From Nitrospirota bacterium (GTDB taxonomy: Bacteria > Nitrospirota > Nitrospiria > Nitrospirales > Nitrospiraceae), in assembly GCA_963703955.1 (NCBI GenBank), contig CAVPGK010000010.1, positions 128,001-192,000 on the forward strand: a stretch of DNA of 64,000 nt, given 5' to 3'. Both the position numbers and the translations under genes were made by a program. Of this stretch, positions 31,686-42,900 are shown piece after piece. Under the pieces are notes generated by a model that was not told where the DNA came from, ran no database searches, and saw only the letters and a list, made by a program, of their open reading frames with translations. Within the stretch, counting starts at the first letter, position 1. Each line of letters starts with the position of its first letter.

Positions 31686-32234
31686 ATGAAGTATACAGTA
31701 AGACAAATGGTTCCCGAGGACGAGCCGATCGCCTGGCGAATGTTGTATGAGGCTGCTCACCTGCTCGACGAGGGGTACACGTCGGTGGATGCCGCTCGGT
31801 ATGTTCCTGCACTCGTGAAATACGCCAGGGACTGGGGGAAGCGCAGTGATCTTGGCTTTGCCGCGTATGATGCTACGACGTTGAAGCCGGTCGGGGCCGC
31901 ATGGATTCGCCTCCTAACGGGCGAAGAGAAAGGCTACGGCTATCTCGACGACTCGACTCCGGAACTGGCCATGGGTGTTATTCCAGAATATCGAAACAAG
32001 GGGGTCGGCACGAAGCTCCTGATGTTGCTGATTGAGGCCGCCCAGCAGAGATTTGCAGCACTTTCGCTCAGCGTGCGTATCGACAATCCCGCCGTCAGGC
32101 TGTACCGTCGATGTGGGTTTGAACCTGTCGCGGGGAGTGAGGTAGTCAATCGGGTAGGTGGACGATCCTGGACGATGCGACTGGCGTTGAGCGGAACGCG
32201 GCCTGACTCTCAACAAGGGGCAGGAAACCGCTAG
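31686..32234 (+). CDS. GNAT acetyltransferase
   Basis: V.PEYRNKGVGTKL, NPAVRLYRRCGF. Confidence 0.9.
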   Translation: MKYTVRQMVPEDEPIAWRMLYEAAHLLDEGYTSVDAARYVPALVKYARDWGKRSDLGFAAYDATTLKPVGAAWIRLLTGEEKGYGYLDDSTPELAMGVIPEYRNKGVGTKLLMLLIEAAQQRFAALSLSVRIDNPAVRLYRRCGFEPVAGSEVVNRVGGRSWTMRLALSGTRPDSQQGAGNR

Positions 32235-32465
32235 TCAGGTGCGTCTGAGTGATGGACCGTCTCTTCTCTTCGACCACCGATCTCTTAGACGTCGAACAGG
32301 ATGAGTTGACGTCAGAGGTGGGGTGGTCCGAGGATGGAAACCTATAGGAGAACGAAAAATCCCCTTGCCGTGATCAAAAAGCCGTCTTCTACCTCATAAG
32401 GATGCATGGTATAAGGATGCAACGGGTCGAGTAGCGTGAAGTATGACTGCAATGGAGGTGAACGC

Positions 32466-34139
32466 ATGCGGGTTATCACCAAAACGCTGTTCTTATTCAT
32501 TCTTCTCACTGTCTTTGTAACTTTCTCCTACGCCGGTTCTACAAATCACAAGACCGTAGTCCAGCCTGAGACGGTCCCGCTCTTCGACAATCTCGGCACG
32601 CTGCATCATCCCATCACGACTAGCAATCCGCTGGCTCAGCAGTACTTCGATCAAGGGCTGCGCCTCGTCTATGCGTTTAATCATGAAGAAGCTATTCGCG
32701 CGTTTGAGGAAGCGGCTCGAATCGATCCCAACGCCGCCATGGTGTACTGGGGAATCGCCTACGCGTTGGGTCCGAACATCAACGCGCCCATGGATCGGGC
32801 GCAAGAGCGAAAAGCGTATGAAGCGATTCAGAAAGCCAGGACTCTCTCGGAAAAGGTCAAACCACAAGAGCGCGCATACATCGATGCGTTGGCGGCGCGC
32901 TATTCGGTCGTGCCGGACGCCGATCGGAAGACATTGGACACGGCATACGCCGAGGCGATGCGGAAGGTATCGCAGCAATATCCTGACGATATGGATGCGG
33001 CAACGCTTTCTGCGGAGGCTCACATGGATCTTCGCCCCTGGGATTATTGGACGCTCGATGGGCGTCCGCATCCGGGCACCCTGGAAATCGTTGAGGGTCT
33101 CGAAGCAGTCCTCAAACGGAGCCCCGATCACATCGGCGCCTGCCATTACTACATTCATGCGGTTGAAGCGTGGCAGCCCGAGCGCGCCCTTCCCTGCGCC
33201 GAGCGCCTGCCCGGCCTTGCCCCAGGCGCGGGACACCTGGTCCACATGCCCTCGCACATTTATATCCGGATCGGGCGATATGACAAGGCGGTAGAACGCA
33301 ATGCGCATGCCGTGTCGACGGATCAGCATTACCTGGAAGGCCGCCACCTCTCCGGGGTTTACCCCGTCGGCTATTACCCACACAATATTCATTTCCTCTG
33401 GGCCGCCTTGACCATGCAAGGGCGCAACGCCGAGTCCCTGAAAGCCGCGCGTGATCTGATGGGAGCTGTGTCGCTGGACGTCGTGCGTCAGGTGCCGGAG
33501 ATGGAGTTAACCGTCCCGACTCCGCTGTTCGCGCTGGCTCGCTTCGGACGGTGGGACGACATCTTGCGCGAACCGTCTCCGCCAAAGGATTTGAGCTATA
33601 GCGTCGCGCTTTGGCACTACGCCCGCGGACTGGCGTTGACGGCAAAAGGACAGGTTGACCAGGCTGAGGAAGAGCGCCGCAAGCTGGATCAGATCGCGGC
33701 AGCCATGCCGGCGGAGCGAACCATCGGACTGAATTCAGCCGCGACGCTGCTGCAGATCGCCTCGCATGTACTCACCGGGCAGATCTCGGCCAAGCGCGGC
33801 CGAACCGATGAAGCGTCCCATCACTTCGAGAAGGCGGTCAATCTTCAGGACGGGCTTCGCTACTATGAGCCGCCCGATTGGTACTATCCCGTTCGCGAAT
33901 CCTTAGGGGATCTGTTGCTTTCCGCTGGACGTGCGACCGAAGCCGAAGCGGTCTACCGTGAAGACCTCAAACGAACGCCGGAAAATCCATGGTCTCTGCA
34001 TGGTCTCGGGCAGAGTTTGCGGAAGCAGCAGCGCGAGGGCGAAGCCGCCGCAGTCGAAGAGCGTTTCCGCCGCGCCTGGTCCCATGCCGATCTTGAGTTT
34101 CACCCGTCCCGCTTTGAAGCGTTCCTCGTCGCCAAGTAG
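32466..34139 (+). CDS. Exported TPR-repeat protein
   Basis: AQQYFDQGLRLVYAFNHEEA, HYYIHAVE, GHLVHMPSHIY; signal peptide. Confidence 0.85.
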   Translation: MRVITKTLFLFILLTVFVTFSYAGSTNHKTVVQPETVPLFDNLGTLHHPITTSNPLAQQYFDQGLRLVYAFNHEEAIRAFEEAARIDPNAAMVYWGIAYALGPNINAPMDRAQERKAYEAIQKARTLSEKVKPQERAYIDALAARYSVVPDADRKTLDTAYAEAMRKVSQQYPDDMDAATLSAEAHMDLRPWDYWTLDGRPHPGTLEIVEGLEAVLKRSPDHIGACHYYIHAVEAWQPERALPCAERLPGLAPGAGHLVHMPSHIYIRIGRYDKAVERNAHAVSTDQHYLEGRHLSGVYPVGYYPHNIHFLWAALTMQGRNAESLKAARDLMGAVSLDVVRQVPEMELTVPTPLFALARFGRWDDILREPSPPKDLSYSVALWHYARGLALTAKGQVDQAEEERRKLDQIAAAMPAERTIGLNSAATLLQIASHVLTGQISAKRGRTDEASHHFEKAVNLQDGLRYYEPPDWYYPVRESLGDLLLSAGRATEAEAVYREDLKRTPENPWSLHGLGQSLRKQQREGEAAAVEERFRRAWSHADLEFHPSRFEAFLVAK

Positions 34140-34160
34140 GCATGCGGCAGGAGGTGAATA

Positions 34161-35567
34161 ATGATACGCGGCATGTCGGGTTTGTGCTGGGTTTGCCTTT
34201 TCGCGTGCACGCGCTTTCTAGCCGGGTGTGCGACTGCGGTTACCTTTACGGTGAACACGACGCAGGATCTCCATGATACCAATGCCGGGGATCTTCAGTG
34301 CGTCGCCGATGAGTCCGGAGATCTGTGTTCACTGCGGGCGGCCGTGGAGGAGGCCAACGCCTTTACCCCTGGCACCGCGCACATTGTCATTAGCGTTCCA
34401 GCCGGGACCTATAGCCTCAGCGCCGAGCCGGAAGTCCAGCTGACCCTGAACGCGGGCCGATTCATCGAAATTCGCGGTGCATCCCCTGCGAGCACTATCG
34501 TGCAACCGGAGACGGCACACTCTGCAAATGACGGACGAGCCTTTCACATCCTCGGCAGTCTGATCCGGCTGGAAAACCTGACCATTCGCAACGGCAAGGT
34601 GCAAACCGGAGAGGGATCTGGTATTGGCGAACCTGGTGGAGGCATTCTGATTGATGGCCCCGGGTACGGGGAAATCAACCACTGCATCATCGAAAACAAC
34701 GTGGGGGGGCATGGCGGGGGGATCTATGCAAGAGGTGGAACGGGCGGCACACTGTCCTTGCTCTTCAGGGATACCATCATTCGCAACAATGAGGCCAGGT
34801 CTGCGGGAGATAGTCGTCACGGAGGCGGACTCTACGCACACCCGGATGTCGATTTCTTACGACTCACGCGCGTGACCATTGCAAACAATCTCTCGGATGG
34901 CGTCAACGCTGGTGGAGGAGCGTACTTGAGGGCGAAGACAGTCGAGATCTGGGATTCTTCAATCACTCAAAATGTAGCCGGTCACGGTGCCGGTCTCTAT
35001 GTGGACGACGGCGACCTGTTAATCGGGCGAAGCACGGTCAGTGGAAACACGCTTGGAGGCGGCATTCGCCTTGCGGCCGGTGCACATTTGACGTTGCGCG
35101 ACGTGACGATCACGGACAATGAGGTTCATGAAGAGATTGGGGGAGGGGGCGGGGTAAATGCGGTCGGTGGCGACATTTCGGTAACCATCCGGAACAGCAT
35201 TCTTGCCGGGAATCGCCGCGGCAATACGCCTTCGGACTGCAACGGCACCATTACCTCCAACGGCCATAACTTCATCGGCTCGAATCTGGACTGCACGTTC
35301 CAGAGTCAAGACAACGATCAAATCGGCACTGCTGACGCGCCGCTCAATCCGCACTTGCAACCGCTTGCGTTGAACGGGGGTCCCACAATGAATCATGTGC
35401 CGGAATCGGACAGCCCCGTCATCGATGCAGGGTCCGGGTGCGACAACGTGGATCAACGAGGACAGGTTCGTCCACGGGACGGGAACGGCGACAATGTGGC
35501 CGTCTGCGATATCGGGGCGGTTGAGCGCCAACCGGGACTAGGCATCGACCCAGGCGGGCGTCCATAG
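34161..35567 (+). CDS. CSLREA-domain / beta-helix (choice-of-anchor Q) surface lipoprotein
   Basis: TVNTTQD...CSLRAAVEEAN, GGG repeats, LALNGGPT, SPVIDAG, DQRG..RP..CDIGAVE. Confidence 0.88.
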   Translation: MIRGMSGLCWVCLFACTRFLAGCATAVTFTVNTTQDLHDTNAGDLQCVADESGDLCSLRAAVEEANAFTPGTAHIVISVPAGTYSLSAEPEVQLTLNAGRFIEIRGASPASTIVQPETAHSANDGRAFHILGSLIRLENLTIRNGKVQTGEGSGIGEPGGGILIDGPGYGEINHCIIENNVGGHGGGIYARGGTGGTLSLLFRDTIIRNNEARSAGDSRHGGGLYAHPDVDFLRLTRVTIANNLSDGVNAGGGAYLRAKTVEIWDSSITQNVAGHGAGLYVDDGDLLIGRSTVSGNTLGGGIRLAAGAHLTLRDVTITDNEVHEEIGGGGGVNAVGGDISVTIRNSILAGNRRGNTPSDCNGTITSNGHNFIGSNLDCTFQSQDNDQIGTADAPLNPHLQPLALNGGPTMNHVPESDSPVIDAGSGCDNVDQRGQVRPRDGNGDNVAVCDIGAVERQPGLGIDPGGRP

Positions 35568-35720
35568 TGCGACTGGTATATCAGGCGAAATGTACTCGTA
35601 GCCTGGGGGACCGCAGCTCTGCTATCAGCGCTCTCCGTCGGTCGTCCGTGGGTGTTGAGCATGGGCCAGCCAGCACAGGCGGCGTAGAATGGAGCGGGCT
35701 CGGACCTACTCTCACACGGG

Positions 35721-36488
35721 AACAGTATTCTTACAGGAAATAGACGGTTGGGTGGAGTGGCGGAAGATGCCTCCAACGGCCATCCCAGTATTACATCCGT
35801 CGGTCACAATTAGATCGGCTCGGATCTGAACTGCACAATTGAAAACCAAAACCGCTCGGTGGAATGGCAGCCGGCTACGATCCAATGGGGGGACGTCATG
35901 GGTTCTGCGGCAGCCGCGTCCGAGTCGATGAAGACACGAACCTGCGGCAACAAGACCGTCGTACCGGGAAGATGTAACAATACAGCCGAAGTCCAAAGCT
36001 CTGGTTTCTTTATGTGCATTCCCTGGAGAAAAGATATGGTCTCGCAAATCGTTACATCGACGCGATTCTTACTAGCCATCTGTGCATTTCTGTTTACTTT
36101 TCCAAATCATCGAGGCAGAGAGCGCTCCACCTTCTCTCTTTTACTCACTCTTGTCCATAAATCACAGTAAGGAGAGCTGTTTGCGTCGAGCGCACGCAGC
36201 CGTGGCTTCAGAGGTGGCGGGACAGATCACCAAGCGCGCCGACGACGTCGCGCTTGTCAATGACGACTACAACCTCGCCGTGCATTGCCGAAAGACCGGC
36301 GACAAGACAAGTTTTGTGACGATTATAGTGGCTCACCGATCGAGTTTTAATGAAGCTAAGGGACTTGCCTTGAATATTAGGCGCGGGATGGAGACTGGCG
36401 TATTCGAATGAGCGACGCTGGCTCGTGCGATATCGGAGCGCTGGAGCAACAACCGGGACTTGGCATTGATCCCGGCGGGCGTCCGTAG
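35721..36488 (+). pseudogene. Decayed tandem paralog of the CSLREA gene (two recognisable fragments)
   Basis: 35721-35850 reads NSILTGNRR...ITSVGHN*IGSDLNCTI. 36426-36488 reads CDIGALEQQPGLGIDPGGRP* and is 53/63 nt identical to 35505-35567. Confidence 0.75.
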
Positions 36489-36539
36489 CGCTATCGCTGA
36501 ATTAAAGGCGAAATACCTTACAGCTGTTTGGGAGGGGGC

Positions 36540-37295
36540 ATGTTTGCACAACCCATATCCCGACCCGTTCCTGCTATGACCGGCATAGTCTTGTCCTGCC
36601 TTCTGGTATCCTGCGTCGCTCTTGAGTTCGACCGCATGGCGGGGACGGCGTTCCCGCCGGCGCAGATGGTCAACGGCCAACCGGTGACCTTGGAAACCAT
36701 TTACAACGAAACAGGAATTAGGTTGGATGTGGAGCAGGATGAAACGGCGATTCAGCCGCTCAACATTCCGGAAGAAGACTGTATCAGCGATGCGGAACTC
36801 ACGACCTTGGAAAACGGACACCGCCACCTTTCGCTGTTCCCGACCTCCATCTGCCCCTTTCTGTTTTGCAACACGTATCATTTGTATGGCGCGGTTGTGA
36901 ATCACTACGGTGAGCTATTGGACACATGCATTCCAGAATTTATCCTGGGCAAAATGTGGCAAGGACACACCCGGTCGGCCTTTGCCATTTTCTATCAAAT
37001 GAACACCATTCAAACCAACGGCGCGGAATACCTGCGCACGACCGCGCATGAGGTCGGTCATGCGTTCAACCTCCATCACAGCGACGGCGATGGAACCTCG
37101 ATCATGACTCAAACCGACGACCTCGTCGGCGAGCCGGTATTTGCGTTTTCGAATCAGAGCCGGGAGCATTTGCAGAATCATCCGGCTCAATGCAAGTTCC
37201 CAGGCGCCGTCGGCGGCGCCCCGTTCACATGGGTGATCAACGAGCATGCAGCATGGTTTGAGCATGATGACGTAACGATCACAACCTGTGAGTGA
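36540..37295 (+). CDS. Metzincin-type zinc metalloprotease, probable lipoprotein
   Basis: AHEVGHAFNLHH zinc motif followed by SIM Met-turn; lipobox LVSC. Confidence 0.75.
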   Translation: MFAQPISRPVPAMTGIVLSCLLVSCVALEFDRMAGTAFPPAQMVNGQPVTLETIYNETGIRLDVEQDETAIQPLNIPEEDCISDAELTTLENGHRHLSLFPTSICPFLFCNTYHLYGAVVNHYGELLDTCIPEFILGKMWQGHTRSAFAIFYQMNTIQTNGAEYLRTTAHEVGHAFNLHHSDGDGTSIMTQTDDLVGEPVFAFSNQSREHLQNHPAQCKFPGAVGGAPFTWVINEHAAWFEHDDVTITTCE

Positions 37296-37343
37296 GGTTG
37301 AAGGTGTTCCGTGGACATTGTCCGTGAGTCGCATCAAGGAGAC

Positions 37344-38285
37344 ATGAAGCGCGTCGTTGCGTGCGCCGTCATAGGGTTGTCTATGCTGCTGTTTTTCGGT
37401 CACGGGCTTGCCGAAGAACAGCAGGCCGGCGCCTCTCTTGAGCTGAGGCTTGAAGTCGGAAAGACCAACCTGCTCCTAGGGGAGCCGGTTTATGCGGCGG
37501 TCCGGCTCATCAATGTCGGCACGACGCCGGTGGAGGTCTTCAAGGCGCTCGACCCGCAAACGGGTGACGTGCACATTGAAGTCTCAAACCCTAACAGGCC
37601 TCGTTTTGTGTTCCTGCCGTTGTTTTATGCCGATGCCGTTGACGCTCGGAAGCCCCTTGCGCCGGGCGAGGAAGTCGCCGCGGCTTTTCCTATTTTTTAT
37701 GGCGCACTGGGATGGACGTTTCGCCAACCGGGGAGCTATAGCGTGACCGCGAGTTACCGAGATTCAGCTCGAACACACAACAGAGCCGTTCGATCGAACG
37801 GCGTGATTGTCTCGGTCGCAGACGAAAGCGGGCTTGGCGCGTTCCTGATGAACGACTCTTCTGCCAGTGATGAGGCAGGAAAATTTCTTCTGTGGCAGCG
37901 GGGGGATCATCTGCAAGCAGGACATGCGCTCCTGACCGATCTGCTCAAGACTTTTCAGAATTCACCGGTGGCGGATTATGTACTCCTTGCCTTCGGCAGA
38001 AATCTGAGCCGCAGTTTTCGCAATTATGCAGTCGGCCGGATACGCCAACCCGACTGTGCGGCTGCTTTGGCTTACTTCCAAAAGGTGCGGTCCGACCGAC
38101 TCCCGACCTTTCTGCAGATTCAGAAAAATTTGGATGAAGCTCGGTGTCTCATCAAGATGTCGCAACCGAACCAGGCCGGAGAGTCAATGAATCGGGCCGA
38201 GCAATTGGGTGGTGGCCGCCAGGAGTTCCAGCCACTGTTTCAGCAAGCCATGCGTTTAGAACCAGCTCTGAAGCAGACTCCATAG
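37344..38285 (+). CDS. Exported hypothetical protein (Ig-like N-terminus, helical C-terminus)
   Basis: Signal peptide, LGEPVY..VRLINVG, F.QPGSY; RBS aagga. Confidence 0.65.
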   Translation: MKRVVACAVIGLSMLLFFGHGLAEEQQAGASLELRLEVGKTNLLLGEPVYAAVRLINVGTTPVEVFKALDPQTGDVHIEVSNPNRPRFVFLPLFYADAVDARKPLAPGEEVAAAFPIFYGALGWTFRQPGSYSVTASYRDSARTHNRAVRSNGVIVSVADESGLGAFLMNDSSASDEAGKFLLWQRGDHLQAGHALLTDLLKTFQNSPVADYVLLAFGRNLSRSFRNYAVGRIRQPDCAAALAYFQKVRSDRLPTFLQIQKNLDEARCLIKMSQPNQAGESMNRAEQLGGGRQEFQPLFQQAMRLEPALKQTP

Positions 38286-38317
38286 TTGTTGAAATCATGG
38301 TGTCACGGTTCTGGCAG

Positions 38318-38518
38318 ATGCAGCAACGTATCATCGGCTTTCATCAGGATGAGCACGGTGACTGGGTAGCCGACCTCGCTTGCGGGCACGGGCAGCATGT
38401 GCGCCATCAGCCGCCGTTCGTCAGCCGGCCGTGGGTGGTCACCGAGAAAGGCCGGGCTGGACATCTCGGCCGAACTCTCAACTGCAAGAAGTGTGAAGAA
38501 GAACCAACAAGGAATTAA
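38318..38518 (+). CDS. DUF3565-family protein
   Basis: GFHQDEHGDWVADLACGHGQHVRH.PP..RPW...CKKC. Confidence 0.85.
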   Translation: MQQRIIGFHQDEHGDWVADLACGHGQHVRHQPPFVSRPWVVTEKGRAGHLGRTLNCKKCEEEPTRN

Positions 38519-38550
38519 AGAATCAGTTGGAATGACTAGGGAAGGAATCC

Positions 38551-38823
38551 ATGGCTGACATCACAGTTACCCACATTGGAGAGACCACATTCCAAGTAGG
38601 GGTTCAGGAAGGCGCCATCCGCACGATCCATCATGTGACGGCCACCCCCGCGGATGTGGAGCGATATGGCGCAGGCGCCTCTGTGGAGCGGCTTATCAAA
38701 GCTTCATTCGAATTCCTGCTCGAACGCGAACCCAAGGAATCCATCTTATCCGCGTTTGCCCTCCCGGTCATCGAGCGCTATTTCCCGGAGTACCCGAAGG
38801 AAATCCGCAAACGGTTGGCGTAA
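38551..38823 (+). CDS. Conserved hypothetical protein
   Basis: LIKASFEFLLEREPKESIL..F.L.VI.RYFPEY. Confidence 0.75.
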   Translation: MADITVTHIGETTFQVGVQEGAIRTIHHVTATPADVERYGAGASVERLIKASFEFLLEREPKESILSAFALPVIERYFPEYPKEIRKRLA

Positions 38824-38872
38824 ATCTGTTCTCGCGCATCAGGCATTCGTTCCCGGCGGATACCGTATAAGC

Positions 38873-39538
38873 GTGCGTCGAAGGATTGTGTACGAGCTGC
38901 TGGTCCTTGGCGGGTTATCGAGCGCTTTTCTGCTGCTGTTTCCCAGACGCCCGGTTGCCGTCGATGCGGGGCTCGCTCTGCTCGCTGGGAGTCTGCTCCT
39001 GCTCAACGCGAAGGACACGCGCACGAATGTTTGGGGCCCACCTCCACCCGGCCCGGACTGGCTCCGCCGGCGACGCTGTATTGCGAGTACAATGATTCTG
39101 ACCAGCGTAGCGATGGTGCTGTTCCTGTTGACGGGCATTGTCATAGGCTACCGGGAAGGCGGATGGACCGCGGTTTCCGGTAGAATTCTCAATGGGAACC
39201 TCCTGTTTGCCGTTCTGTTGTACCTGCCGTGGACACTCCTCCAACAGACACTCTTTCAGTTCTACCTCCTTGGAAGGATTCGGGCCCTGGAACCCGCGCT
39301 GCGTCCGCTTGGTCATGCTGCGATGAACGGCCTGGCGTTCGCTCTCGTCCATCTGCCAGATATCGGGACTGCCGGCATGGCCGCGCTCGGAGGCACAGCG
39401 TGGAGCCTCCTTTATCTGCGCTATCGCCTCGTGTGGCCTCTTGCCTTTTCCCACGCCCTGGTGGGCTCGAGTTTCTTCTATTGGGTCAAGGGGCGGGATC
39501 TTGCGTTGGAATGGGTTCGGGCCGTCACTAGCCTGTAG
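38873..39538 (+). CDS. CPBP/Abi-like intramembrane protein
   Basis: Multiple TMs, QQTLFQ in place of EExxxR, FALVH, SHAL. Confidence 0.6.
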   Translation: MRRRIVYELLVLGGLSSAFLLLFPRRPVAVDAGLALLAGSLLLLNAKDTRTNVWGPPPPGPDWLRRRRCIASTMILTSVAMVLFLLTGIVIGYREGGWTAVSGRILNGNLLFAVLLYLPWTLLQQTLFQFYLLGRIRALEPALRPLGHAAMNGLAFALVHLPDIGTAGMAALGGTAWSLLYLRYRLVWPLAFSHALVGSSFFYWVKGRDLALEWVRAVTSL

Positions 39539-39540
39539 CA

Positions 39541-39938
39541 CAGAGCGCTGCTGCCAAGCATGGCCCGTTCGATCTCATGTTCGAGGCTACCGGCTATGCC
39601 CCGATCGTCTTCGAGGCGATGGAACACCTCGGCAAAACGGCGTGTTGATTCTCTCCAGCGTCACCGGTGGAGGTCGGAACGTTCAGGTTCCGGCCGACAT
39701 GATCAATCCGGGCTTCGTGCTCGGCAACAAGGTGATGGTCGGAATGTTGAACGCGAACCGGGAATACTTCGAGGCGGGTGTCTACGATCTCTCTCGTGCG
39801 GAATTGGAATTTCCCGGCTGGCTTTCGAAGTTTCTCACCCACCCCGTCGATGGCCTCGAAAATTACGCCGAGATGATGCGGCTGCTGACGGAAGAAAAAG
39901 GGGCGATCAAGGTGTTCGTGAACGTGGCAAAAGAATAA
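39541..39938 (+). pseudogene. C-terminal remnant of a zinc-dependent glucose 1-dehydrogenase
   Basis: FDLMFEATG...(frameshift)...NGVLILSSVTGG...FVLGNKVMVG..NANREYFE...AIKVFVNV; no N-terminal domain. Confidence 0.75.
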
Positions 39939-39977
39939 GGGGATAAGGGCGAGGCAAACCTGCTACCGTCGGTTGTG

Positions 39978-42900
39978 CTAGAAAACCATGTGGCCCTTGA
40001 TGTCGTCAGGTATGCCCGTTTGAGCAATGCGCTCAGCGCTAGGACTCTTTGAACGCCTGGAGTTCCGTATCGCTTCGAGTGCCTTTCTTAGACCTTCTGC
40101 AACAGCGTACCAGGCATTGCGTTGGGGGGCAGTATCGCGCACAGGTTTTCCCTTGGGCGGCAAGACCTGATATTGGGCCAGCGGGGTCCGCTCCCAGTTA
40201 CATTTCTCCAGAATCACGGAAACCAAGGTGGCCTGACCGGCCTCGGCTTGCTCGAGCGCGTGTTTGACTTCCACACCCTGTATATAATCGGATGCTTCAA
40301 ACTGAGCGCTCAGAAGGAAGAGGATGACATCAGCCGCTTTCACTTCTTCCCGAATGCGTCCGTCCCACTTTTCTCCTACGATCAGGCAGCGATCGCTCCA
40401 GACAGCAAGCAGTCCTTCGCTGACCATTGGTTTGAGTCGAACGAGCAACTCGTCAAGCTGTCGGGCATCTTTGCTCGAATAGCTGACGAAGAGTGTGGCC
40501 TTCCACTCGTTTGGATCCCGGGCAATTGGGGCGGACACGCGGTTCAGTTCGCGCGAAGTATCGACTGGAACCGTTCCCTCTCTTGTTTGGGCTGAAGAAT
40601 TCTGACGATTCCGTTCGTCGGCTTCGAGGGTTTGGACCTTGACATACACGCCCGGCTTATCCTCAAGCTCAATCTCCTCATCCGGGTTCAGTCCCTGGAT
40701 GTCGTCATGAATCCGCTTCAAATCTGTGCGGATAAGGCCGATCATTCGACGGCGGTCAGGGGGATGGCCCTGCACAGTGACGGTGACTTCTCGCTCAGCA
40801 GGGTCCCCACGGACCAATGCTCTGCAACTACCGTCGTCCAGCACCACACCAGTCATCCACCGAGGCTGCCCTTCGCTGAGGGGATAGGTTCGGGTGATGA
40901 ACCGAGGCAGCAAGCCTTCAGGCAGAGCGGCATAGCGGTAACGCAACCGGGTCACGTCCGAGCTTCGCCATTCCGCATTCAGCTTCGGTTGCTGATCGGG
41001 AAGACGCTGAGGAACAAGCCAGCGGTCGCCTGCCTCCGTGAGGGGGAATGCTAAGTCAAACCGACGCATCAGTTCGACGAGGTAACGACGCATCTGCGGT
41101 TTTTCCTTGGGAAACACTCGACTCACATCCCGCATGTGCATCTCGCCAGTTCCGTCGGATCGAACAGCCTCGCGCAGGAGGGTGTACACGCCGTTGGTGA
41201 CCCACTGAGGATTCAAAATTGTGGCCTCGCGCAGGCGGGGATCATCCGCATAGTTCAGCGCCACGCCAAGGGCGTGAAGCACCGCAGCGAGACTCTCCTG
41301 CATCGATTCGTCCGACTCTCCGAACCGTGCGCAGAGCGTTCGGTAATCACTATAGTTGAGGTAATCTTCCTTGATACCCTCGAGTTGCTCCTTGATCGCC
41401 CACCAGGCTGAGGGGAAAGGTTCTTGAACCGCGGGTAGCTCGCCGATCGTCTTCGCAAGCGTATCCTTCAAACGAGCGATGCCCTTCCCCGACTGGCAGT
41501 CTGTTTCGACAAAGTCGACGATGAATGGGTACTTCTCGTTCAAAGCATTGCGATCCAGCCGGCAAGGATGGCTCGCCCACTTATTCAGGGCCACAATGAC
41601 GGGTGAAGGTTCGTTCGTTGCTCGGTCTGTTCCGAACGCCTGAATCAGTCTCAACCAATATTCGGCATCGGTCCGCTCACTGTCTTCGCGCCCAGTCAGG
41701 ACCAAGATGTACACGCTGCGTTGGGTAAGAAAGAACTGATGAGTCGCATGGGTGATCACTTGTCCTGCGAAATCCCACGTATTGACGTTGATGTGAGCAT
41801 GTCGGCATGGCAAGTGCCAGCGCGAAATCGTAATTCCCTTTGTCTCCCTCAGGCCCTTACTAAAGGGTTGTCCACGAAGCGCTCGAACAATCGACGTTTT
41901 GCCGGCGCCGCCGCGCCCGACCAGCAACAGCTTCACTTCGTTCAACGGACGGCTCTTCTGCTGTTGGCGAAAGTAATAGTCAAGAATGGTCTTGGGCTTG
42001 GCTGGCTGCTTTTGCTCATAGACCACTTGTTCATAAGTTGGCCCAAGTACCTCCGGAGCCAAACGGAGCCCAGGGTTACCATGCAAAAACAGGTGACTGA
42101 GTGATCCGAGCTGCCTCAGAGTCGCCGGCAGATTCGTGAGCCGGTTGTTGCTGAGATTAAGCGTTGTGAGCTGGGTGAGCTGGCCGAGGGTCTCCCGCAG
42201 GGTCGTCAGTTGGTTGTCGCTGAGGTGAAGCTCTTTGAGCTGGGTAAGCTGGCCGAGAGCCTCCGGGAGGGTCTCCAGCTTGTTGTAGATGAGGTCAAGG
42301 TAGTCGAGGTGGGTGAGCCGGCCGAGCGCGTCCGGGAGCGTCGTCAGTTGGTTGTGGTTGAGGTGAAGCGTTGTGAGCTGGGTAAGCCGGCGCAGCGCGT
42401 CCGGAAGGCTCGCCAGTCGGTTCGACTTGAGGGAAAGCGTTTGGAGCCGCGTGAGCTGGCCGATGGCCTCGGGGAGAGTCGTTAATTGGCTGTTGTCGAG
42501 GTTAAGTTCTCTGAGCTGGGTGAGCTGGGCGAGCGCGTCTGGGAGGGTCGTCAGTTGGTTGCCGCTGAGGTGAAGCGCTGTGAGCTGGGTGAGCTGGCCG
42601 AGGGCCTCCGGGAGGGTCGTCAGTTGGTTGCCGCTGAGGGAAAGCGTTGTGAGCTGGGTGAGCTGGCCGAGGGCCTCTGGGAGGGTCGTCAGTTGGTTGT
42701 CGTCGAGGCCAAGCGCTGTGAGCTGGGTGAGCCGGCCGAGGGCCTCCGGGAAGGTCGTCAGTTGGTTGTCGTCGAGGTAAAGCGCTGTGAGCTGGGTGAG
42801 CTGGCCGAGCCCTTCCGGAAGGGTCGTCAGTCGGTTGCCGCTGAGGCCAAGCGTTGTGAGCTGGGTGAGCTGGCCGATCGATGCGGGAACTTGCTCAATC

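Noticed and set aside
42060..42887. CRISPR-like array
   Set aside because: The repeats are in-frame 69-bp LRR units with no unique spacers, and no cas genes are present.
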